Source of the DNA: Alphaproteobacteria bacterium
Lineage (GTDB): Bacteria; Pseudomonadota; Alphaproteobacteria; Rs-D84; CACZYB01
Length of the DNA stretch: 64,000 nt
Direction of reading: 5' to 3'
NCBI GenBank assembly: GCA_017938435.1
Contig: JAGBBO010000006.1
Location: 8,945 to 72,944 of the forward strand
Part shown: piece by piece, positions 19,083 to 27,819 of the stretch
How the letters are laid out: each line of letters opens with the position of its first letter
Numbering within the stretch: the first letter of the stretch is position 1
The notes under the pieces: generated by a model
The model's database searches: none
The model's input: only the letters and a program-made list of their open reading frames with translations
What the model was told of the DNA's origin: nothing
Translations under genes and position numbers: made by a program

Positions 19083-22034
19083 TTAATACCCTTCCTTTAT
19101 CAAATCAAGAATTGTTTCCTGATCAGTATATGGAATATTTTTTGTGCCAAATGTGACATAGTCTTCATGCCCTTTTCCAGCAACCAAAATAACATCGTCA
19201 GGTTTTGAAATTTCCATTGCCTTTTTAATAGCATCACGACGACCAGTTTTTACCTCTATCGCATTAGGGCAATGTTTCAAAATTTCATCCCTTATTTTTT
19301 GTGGATCTTCACATCTTGGCGAATCATCAGTTAATATAGGAATATCGGCATATTTATTTGCAATAGTGCCAAGTTCAAAACGACGAGTATTTGCTTCGTA
19401 AATATCACCACAAGTGCTAAATACATTTATAATTCGACCATTTTCCTTTAACATAGGGCGTATAGTTTTAAGAGTATTTTCCAAAGCTTCTCCCTTATAC
19501 GCAAAATCGACATAGATACTTGCCCCTGATTTCGTTTTTCCCATATATTCAAGACGACCAAGTGCATTTCTAACATTTCCAAGGAGTGGAATTACCCTTT
19601 CCCAATCAGGTGTTGTTGCCGCAACCATACCCAATGCACACATAAGATTGTTAAGTTGGAATGAACCAAGAATTTTTAAATCCAAATGGTATTTTTTACC
19701 AAACAATTCCACATCTGCAATTTGTCCTTCCAAACTGGTTTGTTGAGATAAAATTTTAAGTTCAGTTCCGTTTCGTCCGTATGAAAATACCCTGACGCCT
19801 CGATTATCACAAATTTGTTTTAAATAATCGTATTCTGGAACATCTGCATTTAAAACAGCAGTCCCTGTAATATCAAGATTTTCACGGAAAAGTTTTGATT
19901 TAGATTTTAAATAAGAATCATAACTTCCATAAAATTCAAGATGATCAGTTCCAAGGTTTGAAAAACCTGCGGCTGAAATTTTTATATTTTCCATACGAAG
20001 TTGATCAAGTCCATGGCTTGATAATTCAATCGCACCATGTTCAACACCTTTTTCCTTAAAATATTTCAAAAATTTGTATGCTTCACCATTACCAGGTGTT
20101 GTATGATCGGCATCACTAAACTTTACAATTTCCTTTTTACTGTAAACATTTTCCACAATCATACCTATTGTGCCGATACTTATTGTTGGGAATGAAAGCA
20201 ATCCCCAAATTTGTCTTGTAAAATCGACAATAGATGATTTTCCACTGGTTCCAGTAATTGCACAAATAACTTCGGGTTGCTTTTTATCATAGAAAGTAAA
20301 TACCAAATCAGCCAAAGCCTTTCTTGGATTTTCGGTTCTAACTATGAAAATATTTTTTTCCTTTATCAAAGACAAAGTTTTTTCATCAAATTCGTATGAT
20401 GGTTCAACGACAATAGCTTTTGCTCCTTTTTGAATAGCATCATATGAATAATTAGCACCATTTTGTGCAAATCCTTTTATACCAACAAAAATACTTCCAT
20501 CGACAATAGTTTTGGAATCACATGAAACAAGATGAATTGGTGTATCGGTCGCACCATTACATTCGTATCCTGCTTCGGAAAGAAGTTTATTTAGCGGTTT
20601 TGAAGGTAAGGCAAGTTTGTTTCTAATAAACTCTTTATCCTTTTCATACATAGTTCCACAAATTATAATTGAATCCCAATCGCGTGATGTATCAATTATT
20701 TCATTGATAGCTTCGTAACGATTTGGAATTACCCTAGCCTTTGGGCAATATTTAAGCAATGTTGAACGAATATTTTCAGGATTTTCAGTTCTTGGATTAT
20801 CATCTACAATTACAACTGTATCTGCATACTCATTTAAAACTTTACCCATTTCAATACGACGAATTTCTGGTCTATCTCCACTGCAACCAGCAATGCAAAT
20901 AAGATTATGTTTTACATGCGGTCTGAACTCGGTCAAAAGTTTTTTAAGCCCGTCACCATTATGTCCGAAATCAACAAATATTTTTGCCCCATTAGGTGTA
21001 GTTGCAACATATTCAATACGACCTTTTTCATTTTTTATATCAGAAACTTTTGAAAGTATTTTTTCCCAATCTTTATAAGATGAAATAAACATTCCAAGTG
21101 CACACATAAAATTAAATACTTGGAACTTGGTAACAAGGTTTAATGTCATATCATAAGTTTTTCCAAATATTGATAATTTTACTTGTTGTTTATCATCGAC
21201 TATTTCATATTTTTCAAGTCTGATATCGGATTGTTGATTTTCACCGTATGTTATAACTTTTATTCCCCGAGATTCACAAACATCAACAACTTTTTGTCCT
21301 TTTGCATCATCTATGTTTATTGTTGCAGTGCCATCGGAATCAAGAAGTTCAGAAAATAGACGAAGTTTTGCATTAAAGTATTCTTCGACCGTTTTATGAT
21401 AATCCAAATGATCGTTTGAAATATTTGTAAAACCAGCTGATTTTATTTTTACACTATCGGCACGATGTTGTTCAATACCATGACTGGAAGTTTCTATGGC
21501 TACATTTGTAACACCAGAAGAAGCAAGATTATCTAAATTTTTATGCAAATCAATAGCATCTGGTGTTGTTAAAGTTTTTCCACCTACACCATCAGGAGTA
21601 TGAATACCAACTGTTCCAATAGATGCAGATTTAAGATCAATAAATTCCCACATCTGACGAATAAAGTTTACAACTGAACTTTTTCCATTTGTTCCTGTTA
21701 CTGCACAAATAAATTCTGGTTGATTAGGGTAAAAATTACTTGCAATAATAGATTCAACTAAACGAATATTATCTACAAATATAAATGGAATATGTTGATA
21801 TTTTTTAATATCTATATAATCTTTGTTTTCTTTATTAGTAAGGATAGCAACAGCACCCAAATTTATTGCATCATCAATGAAATCAGCACCATTAACTTTT
21901 GTTCCTTTTACTGCAATAAAAAGACTACCTTTATTAACTTTTGATGAATTATTTTCAACAGAGGTTATATCTAAATCCAAATTTTTATTTTCTATTTCAT
22001 AAGAAATATTATTTAATAATTCTGAAAGTAACAT
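19083..22034 (-). CDS. murE: Tandem Mur-ligase fusion protein, 983 aa: MurE-like N-half (DNPR motif) and MurE/MurF-like C-half (DSPR motif)
   Basis: Two complete Mur ligase modules, each with a P-loop (TGTNGKSS / TGTSGKSS), an SSHG motif (ETSSHGIEQHR / ELSSHGLDQLR), a DHLD/DHLE motif and a C-terminal DDNPRTENP / DDSPRCEDP motif. Confidence 0.8.
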   Translation of the reverse strand: MLLSELLNNISYEIENKNLDLDITSVENNSSKVNKGSLFIAVKGTKVNGADFIDDAINLGAVAILTNKENKDYIDIKKYQHIPFIFVDNIRLVESIIASNFYPNQPEFICAVTGTNGKSSVVNFIRQMWEFIDLKSASIGTVGIHTPDGVGGKTLTTPDAIDLHKNLDNLASSGVTNVAIETSSHGIEQHRADSVKIKSAGFTNISNDHLDYHKTVEEYFNAKLRLFSELLDSDGTATINIDDAKGQKVVDVCESRGIKVITYGENQQSDIRLEKYEIVDDKQQVKLSIFGKTYDMTLNLVTKFQVFNFMCALGMFISSYKDWEKILSKVSDIKNEKGRIEYVATTPNGAKIFVDFGHNGDGLKKLLTEFRPHVKHNLICIAGCSGDRPEIRRIEMGKVLNEYADTVVIVDDNPRTENPENIRSTLLKYCPKARVIPNRYEAINEIIDTSRDWDSIIICGTMYEKDKEFIRNKLALPSKPLNKLLSEAGYECNGATDTPIHLVSCDSKTIVDGSIFVGIKGFAQNGANYSYDAIQKGAKAIVVEPSYEFDEKTLSLIKEKNIFIVRTENPRKALADLVFTFYDKKQPEVICAITGTSGKSSIVDFTRQIWGLLSFPTISIGTIGMIVENVYSKKEIVKFSDADHTTPGNGEAYKFLKYFKEKGVEHGAIELSSHGLDQLRMENIKISAAGFSNLGTDHLEFYGSYDSYLKSKSKLFRENLDITGTAVLNADVPEYDYLKQICDNRGVRVFSYGRNGTELKILSQQTSLEGQIADVELFGKKYHLDLKILGSFQLNNLMCALGMVAATTPDWERVIPLLGNVRNALGRLEYMGKTKSGASIYVDFAYKGEALENTLKTIRPMLKENGRIINVFSTCGDIYEANTRRFELGTIANKYADIPILTDDSPRCEDPQKIRDEILKHCPNAIEVKTGRRDAIKKAMEISKPDDVILVAGKGHEDYVTFGTKNIPYTDQETILDLIKEGY

Positions 22035-22160
22035 TTTCTTTCCTTTTAAATTTAATATTTAGATATTTTATAAGAAAAAATGTCAGTAATCAATAGAAAC
22101 TTTTACTTGTATATTTACAAGAAAAAAGTTACAATTTACAAAGACTAAGGGGATTGTAAA

Positions 22161-23339
22161 ATGGAAAAATTTGAAAATTATGATGTAATTCGTGTTTTTG
22201 ATGAAAAGGCATTGGCTAAAAATATTGAAAATACTATTAAAAAAAATAAAACAAAACTTGGTGTTGTGGTAAAGGCAAATTCGTATGGAATTGGAATTGA
22301 ACGGACTTTACCTGTTTTTGAAAAACATAAAATTTCTGATTTTTTTACGCAAGATATTATTGAGGCAAAAAAAATCAAACGCTTGCTTGAAAATAAAAAT
22401 GCAAATATTTATGTTTTTGCAGGTGTGCAAGATGGACAAGTCGAAGATTTTATCAAAAATAAAATTATCCCTTTGTGTGTAAATCTTTCCCAGATAAAAT
22501 ATTTTAATGAAAAAGCAAAGGGACAAAAATCAAAACCAAAAATTGGAATACATTTTGATACAGGAATGAACCGAACTGGACTTTCCCTATCCGAAGTAGA
22601 GGAGCTTTCCAAAAATTTTGAAAAAATAACATCAAATCTTGATGTCGTTTTATATGTAAGTCATCTTCACAGTTCGTATGAAAAAAACAACAAAGCAAAT
22701 AATAAACAACTGGAAAAATTTACAAAAATTATATCTAAACTTCCAAAAAGAATATGCAGTCTTTCCGCAACTGGTGGAAGTTTTAGATTGCCTGAAAAAT
22801 ATCATTTTGATTTATTAAGGGTTGGATATGGTATTTATGGAGTCCTTAGGGAAATGGATGCTGTTGTTTCCGTGTATGCAAAAATCTTACAAATACGCGA
22901 TGTTGCAAAAGGCGAAAGTATCGGATATTTTGGTGGTTATAAAGCTGAAAAAAATATGAAAATTGCAATTCTTAATATTGGATACAAAGACGGATATTCA
23001 AGAAGTTTAAGTCATACAAATAAGTGGAAAGATAAACTTCGTGCCAAACTTAAAAGTGGGGCTAATTTTGCGACAAGTTATGCTGTTATTGATGGAAAAT
23101 ACAAATGTTATGTTGTTGGAATTATTTCTATGAATAATATTATGATTGATGTTTCAAATGTTCCAGAAAAAGTTTTAGCAAAGGTTAAATTTGCTGAAAT
23201 AGTTGGTAAAAATGCAAACCTTATGGATTTCAGAGAAGCAAACGGATTTATTCCATGCGATTTGTTAACATCGCTACTTTTACCAAATCCAAATGCTGTG
23301 GATATGAATATGGATGAGTTTAAAAAACTTAAAATATAA
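22161..23339 (+). CDS. alr: Alanine racemase
   Basis: PLP-lysine motif VVVKANSYGIG near the N-terminus. 392 aa. Confidence 0.8.
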   Translation: MEKFENYDVIRVFDEKALAKNIENTIKKNKTKLGVVVKANSYGIGIERTLPVFEKHKISDFFTQDIIEAKKIKRLLENKNANIYVFAGVQDGQVEDFIKNKIIPLCVNLSQIKYFNEKAKGQKSKPKIGIHFDTGMNRTGLSLSEVEELSKNFEKITSNLDVVLYVSHLHSSYEKNNKANNKQLEKFTKIISKLPKRICSLSATGGSFRLPEKYHFDLLRVGYGIYGVLREMDAVVSVYAKILQIRDVAKGESIGYFGGYKAEKNMKIAILNIGYKDGYSRSLSHTNKWKDKLRAKLKSGANFATSYAVIDGKYKCYVVGIISMNNIMIDVSNVPEKVLAKVKFAEIVGKNANLMDFREANGFIPCDLLTSLLLPNPNAVDMNMDEFKKLKI

Positions 23340-23360
23340 AAATTCAAGCAAGTGTTTGAA

Positions 23361-23395
23361 AAAATCCCCGTTTTGAATTTCGGGGATTTTTATTT
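23361..23395. terminator. Bidirectional terminator (aaaatccccg-ttttgaattt-cggggatttt)
   Basis: GC-clamped hairpin flanked by A-run and T-run between convergent alr and ctp. Confidence 0.75.
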
Positions 23396-24826
23396 TATTT
23401 TTTAGAAGGCTGTTTAGTATTTATAGCAGGTTGTTTTGATGGCTTTTTTACTTCTGGTTTTTTAACTGGTTTCACAGAAGAAAATCTTTCACCATAAATT
23501 GCCAAACCCTTTACCATATCAACAGCACGATTAAGTTGATAATCGTTTTTATCGCGTTCTTCTTCAATCTTTTCACGCTCTGCCTTTGCATCTTTTTTAA
23601 TGATTGATTTTGTATCATTTTTAAGAGCATTAGTCAAAGTTTCCTCAGAGAACATTCTATCTTCTTTTACTTCTTCAATTTTTGCACGATTGACTTCGAC
23701 ATCAGGTTCAATACCATCAGCTTGGATTGAACGACCACTTGGAGTATAATATCTTGCAGTAGTAATTTTAAGAGCTGTATCCCCAATAGGAATCAATGTT
23801 TGAACAGAACCTTTACCATAAGATTTTGTTCCAATTAAAACTGCACGGCGATGATCTTGCAATGCTCCAGCAACAATTTCCGCAGCCGATGCAGAAGCTC
23901 CATTTATAATCACAACCAATGGTTTATTATCCAATATATCCCCTTCTGATGCAAAGAAAACACGGCTGGCATTTTCTTGGCGTGACATAATAGAAACAAT
24001 TTCACCCTCAGATAAAAAGGCATCTGAAATCTTAACTGCTTGATCAAGAAGTCCGCCTGTATTATTTCGTAAATCAAGAACGAAACCAATGACCTTTGGA
24101 TTTTCTGATTTTATTTTTTTTATCGCCTTTATCATATCATCATAGGAATTTTCATTAAATGTAGAAAGACGAATATAACCAACAGAATTGTCAGCCTTCA
24201 TCTTTGATTTAACCGGTTCCGTGCGAATAATATCACGGGTCACAACAATATCAAGAGGTTCAGAATTTTCGCGGAAAATTTTAAGTTTTACTTTTGTCCC
24301 TGGTTTACCCTTCATACGCTTAATTGCCTCTTGTAATGATAAACCTTGAACTTGGACATCATCAATATGAGTGATTAAATCCCCTGCTTCGACACCAGCC
24401 TTAAAAGCAGGACTATCATCAAGTGGAGAAATAACTTTTATAACACCTTTATCCATTGTGACCTCAATACCAAGACCGCCAAACGAACCAGATGTTTGTT
24501 CATTCATAGAATTAAAATCTTCTTCATTTAAAAAACTTGAATGAGGGTCAAGTTTGGAAAGCATTCCATCTATGGCTCCTTCTATCAACTTTTTATTATC
24601 GACATCATCAACATAGCGAGTTTTTGTTATTTCAAATGCACGACCAAAAAGCTCAAGCATTTCGTAAACATCTGAATCCTTTTTAGTTGATACTTTTTTT
24701 TCATTTTTCGATGCTGCACCTGTCAATTTTGATGATGAAATTTCATAAGAAACAATAGAGGCTATAAAAAATACAAATGCCAATGTTGTTAATAATTTTG
24801 TAAATGAAGAATGTTTTTTAGCCATA
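23395..24826 (-). CDS. ctpA: Carboxy-terminal processing protease (S41) with PDZ domain. Start chosen at the internal ATG (MAKKHSS...) preceded by AGGAG
   Basis: S41 motifs (...GGLGIEV... PDZ region; ...NNTGGLLDQAVKISD...; ...SASAAEIVAGALQD...). Signal-anchor N-terminus. Ribosome-binding site AGGAG 8 nt upstream of ATG at 24826. Confidence 0.85.
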
Positions 24827-24897
24827 AGTAATCTCCTTTGTTTTATATAATTAAAACATAAAATAAACCAAAATTGCAACAATTATTGATTTATTTC

Positions 24898-26040
24898 TCA
24901 AAATTTAAAATATTTTAAAGGATTTATCGGAGTTTCTTTATCCCTTATTTCAATATAAAGTTCCGAATCTCCCATTTCACCGATTGGTTCACCAGAAAGA
25001 AGATTTTGCCCCTCCTCTGCGAAAATTTCCTTCATACCACCAAGGATGATATAATAATCATCACTAGAATGTAGAATAAGTAGGTTTTTAAACCCATAAA
25101 AACTACCTGAAAAAACGACATCCGAATCAGATGGAGATATAACTTGGGAATTAGCACGAGGTTTAATATAAATACCTTTTGAAGTAATACCTTTTTTGGT
25201 ATGTTCCCCAAAATATGTTGTAATATTACCACTTACAGGAAGAGGTGCAGTTCCACTTGCCTTTCTGACGACTATAGTCGAAGCAATTTTTGTTTGTTTT
25301 GCCTTTTTTTCACGCTCTTTTCTTAACTTTTCTGCCTTTTTAATAAATTCTTCAATAGTTTTCGATTCAGCAACCAAACGCTTAATTTCTCGTTTATTTT
25401 TTTCCTGTTTCGAGGTTAATTTTTTTTGTGTAGATTTTTTGTTTTTTATTAAATTTGCAATTTTATTCTTTTCACCACGCACTTTTTTAGTCAAAGTATG
25501 AATAGAAGTTTTTGCAACCGTGATTTCATCTTTTGTTTTTATTAAATCATTCAAGTCCTGTCTATAAACACGAGTTGAACGGGTAAGTTCATCAGCCAAA
25601 CTTCGAAGTAAAATTGAACTTTGGAATACAGTATCAATTCGTGCCGGTGAAATAAGCAAATACCCCTTTGGGACCTGAGATATATTTTCAAAAACAGCAA
25701 TTATTTTTATAAGTTCAGTATTATTTCCCTCTATTTTTTTATTTAAAAGGAATTCTTTCCATTGTAAATCAGAAAGTTGCTTATCAAAACCAGAAAGTTT
25801 TCGTTCATATTGCTTAACATTATTTGCAATTTCGACCATTTTTTTTTGGGTTTGACGGATTTCCTCGGAAAGCTTTTTTTGTTCCTTTTCCAGCTTTGCC
25901 GTAGCCTTTCTTTTATTTTCTATTTCCTTATTTATTCTAGCTAGACTTTGTTTATCCTTTTTTGCTGAAAAAACTTCTTGCGAAAACAAAAGGTTTACGC
26001 ATAAAATAAAGATTAGTGATTTTAATTTTAACTTTAACAA
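24898..26040 (-). CDS. Peptidoglycan DD-metalloendopeptidase family protein (EnvC/NlpD-like M23) with N-terminal coiled coil
   Basis: Signal peptide, long coiled coil, C-terminal M23/LytM-like domain (...LLILHSSDDYYIILGGMKEI...). Confidence 0.7.
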   Translation of the reverse strand: MLKLKLKSLIFILCVNLLFSQEVFSAKKDKQSLARINKEIENKRKATAKLEKEQKKLSEEIRQTQKKMVEIANNVKQYERKLSGFDKQLSDLQWKEFLLNKKIEGNNTELIKIIAVFENISQVPKGYLLISPARIDTVFQSSILLRSLADELTRSTRVYRQDLNDLIKTKDEITVAKTSIHTLTKKVRGEKNKIANLIKNKKSTQKKLTSKQEKNKREIKRLVAESKTIEEFIKKAEKLRKEREKKAKQTKIASTIVVRKASGTAPLPVSGNITTYFGEHTKKGITSKGIYIKPRANSQVISPSDSDVVFSGSFYGFKNLLILHSSDDYYIILGGMKEIFAEEGQNLLSGEPIGEMGDSELYIEIRDKETPINPLKYFKF

Positions 26041-26105
26041 AAAAATTCCTTATATTTTATTTTTGTATGTTATACTAGAATCAGAAAAGATGCAAGGATT
26101 TAAAA

Positions 26106-26912
26106 ATGAATTTTAGTTTTTTAAAAGATAAATATTTAAGAAAGTTATTTGTATTATTTGAAAAATATGATGAAAAACTTTATGTCGTCGGTGGTGCAGT
26201 AAGGGATTCTTTGATTGATAAGCCCATTACTGATATTGATTTGGCAACAACTATGCTTCCTGAAAAAATGATGGAAATGTTTCAGGTAAATGAACTTAGG
26301 CATGATGGTCCAGGAATTAAATTTGGAACAGTAAGGTCTTTCTTTGGTGGTGATAAATTTGAAATAACTACACTTAGAAAAGATAAATATGAAAAAATTA
26401 TTAAAAAAAGGAAAAAGTCTTATTCACGATATCCAACCGTTACTTATGTAACTGATCCTTTGATTGATGCAAGACGAAGAGATTTTACAATCAATGCGAT
26501 GTATGTTGATAAAAAAGGTCAGTTGATTGATCCTTTTAATGGATTAGAAGACCTTAAAAACGGACTTGTAAAATTTATAGGAAATCCTTTGGATAGTGTT
26601 GAACAAGATCCATTCAGAATTCTTAGATATTTTCGTATTTGTGCAGAAAATTTTCATAAAAATTTTGATGAAGTAGCATTGAATGTTTGTATTGCAAATT
26701 TTGATAGAACATTTAATCTTAATAAAAGAAAATTTCTTACTGAATACAACAGAATGTTAAATTGCCGCGGAAGATTCATTATATTTAATAAATGGCAAGA
26801 ATTTGGTATTTTAAAACAAGTAGAAGAATTTGTTGCCTATTCTTCGGCGATTATAGATGAAGAAGATTTAAGAGAAAGAGAGCGTGAAAATGCAAAAAGA
26901 AATAGAATCTAA
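26106..26912 (+). CDS. Poly(A) polymerase / CCA tRNA nucleotidyltransferase head-domain protein (short, 268 aa)
   Basis: Nucleotidyltransferase motif YVVGGAVRDSLIDKPITDIDLAT and RRDFTINAMY. Lacks the C-terminal body/HD region of full-length CCA enzymes. Confidence 0.6.
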   Translation: MNFSFLKDKYLRKLFVLFEKYDEKLYVVGGAVRDSLIDKPITDIDLATTMLPEKMMEMFQVNELRHDGPGIKFGTVRSFFGGDKFEITTLRKDKYEKIIKKRKKSYSRYPTVTYVTDPLIDARRRDFTINAMYVDKKGQLIDPFNGLEDLKNGLVKFIGNPLDSVEQDPFRILRYFRICAENFHKNFDEVALNVCIANFDRTFNLNKRKFLTEYNRMLNCRGRFIIFNKWQEFGILKQVEEFVAYSSAIIDEEDLRERERENAKRNRI

Positions 26913-27807
26913 AAATACAAAATGTGGTTTTATCGCACTTATTGGTGCAACAAACAGTGGCAAATCCACTTTACTTAATACAATACTTGCGACAAAGGTA
27001 TCTATTACTTCGCATAAGGTTCAAACTACACGAAATCAAATTCGTGGAATTAAAACTGATGACAATACTCAGATGGTTTTTATTGATACACCAGGTATTT
27101 TTAATCCAAAAGGAAAATTTGATAAGGCGATGGTTTCAAGTGCATGGTCAGCTATGAATGATAGCGACTGTGTTATATTTTTACTTGATGCTCATAAGGG
27201 GATTACTGATACTTTTAATAGTATTGTTAAAAAACTTAGGACAATAAATACACCTATTGCACTTTGCCTTAATAAGGTTGATTTACTTAAAAAAGAAGAT
27301 CTTTTGAAACTTACTTCAAAAATAACTGAAATTGCACCAGATTTATTTAAAGAAGTTTTTATGATTTCTGCACTTCGAAATGATGGCATTGATGATTTAG
27401 TTAAATGGATAAAAAATCAGATGCCAGAATCTCCTTTCTTTTTTGATAGTGAAATAAAAAGTGATTTACCATTAGAACTTAGACTTTCTGAAATAACTAG
27501 GGAAAAAGTATATGAACTTTTGCATCAGGAACTTCCTTACTCTATTACTATAAAAACTGATAGAATTGAGGAAGAAAAAAGTGCATTTACAGTAAGACAA
27601 ACTATTTATACAAGTTCGGAAAATCACAAGGCTATTATCATAGGTGAGCATGGTTCCAAAATTAAAAATATTGGAATAAAAGCAAGGGAAGAAATGTCTG
27701 TGATTATGGGTAAAAAAGTTAATCTTTTCCTTTTTGTAAAGGTAAAAGAAAATTGGCGTGAAACACCTGAATTTTTTACAGATATTGGTTTAGAATTTAA
27801 AAAATAA
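26884..27807 (+). CDS. era: GTPase Era
   Basis: G1 GATNSGKSTLLN, G3 DTPG, G4 NKVD, C-terminal KH domain. Overlaps the upstream gene by 29 nt. Confidence 0.9.
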   Translation: MKMQKEIESKNTKCGFIALIGATNSGKSTLLNTILATKVSITSHKVQTTRNQIRGIKTDDNTQMVFIDTPGIFNPKGKFDKAMVSSAWSAMNDSDCVIFLLDAHKGITDTFNSIVKKLRTINTPIALCLNKVDLLKKEDLLKLTSKITEIAPDLFKEVFMISALRNDGIDDLVKWIKNQMPESPFFFDSEIKSDLPLELRLSEITREKVYELLHQELPYSITIKTDRIEEEKSAFTVRQTIYTSSENHKAIIIGEHGSKIKNIGIKAREEMSVIMGKKVNLFLFVKVKENWRETPEFFTDIGLEFKK

Positions 27808-27819
27808 ACGGAGGAAAAT

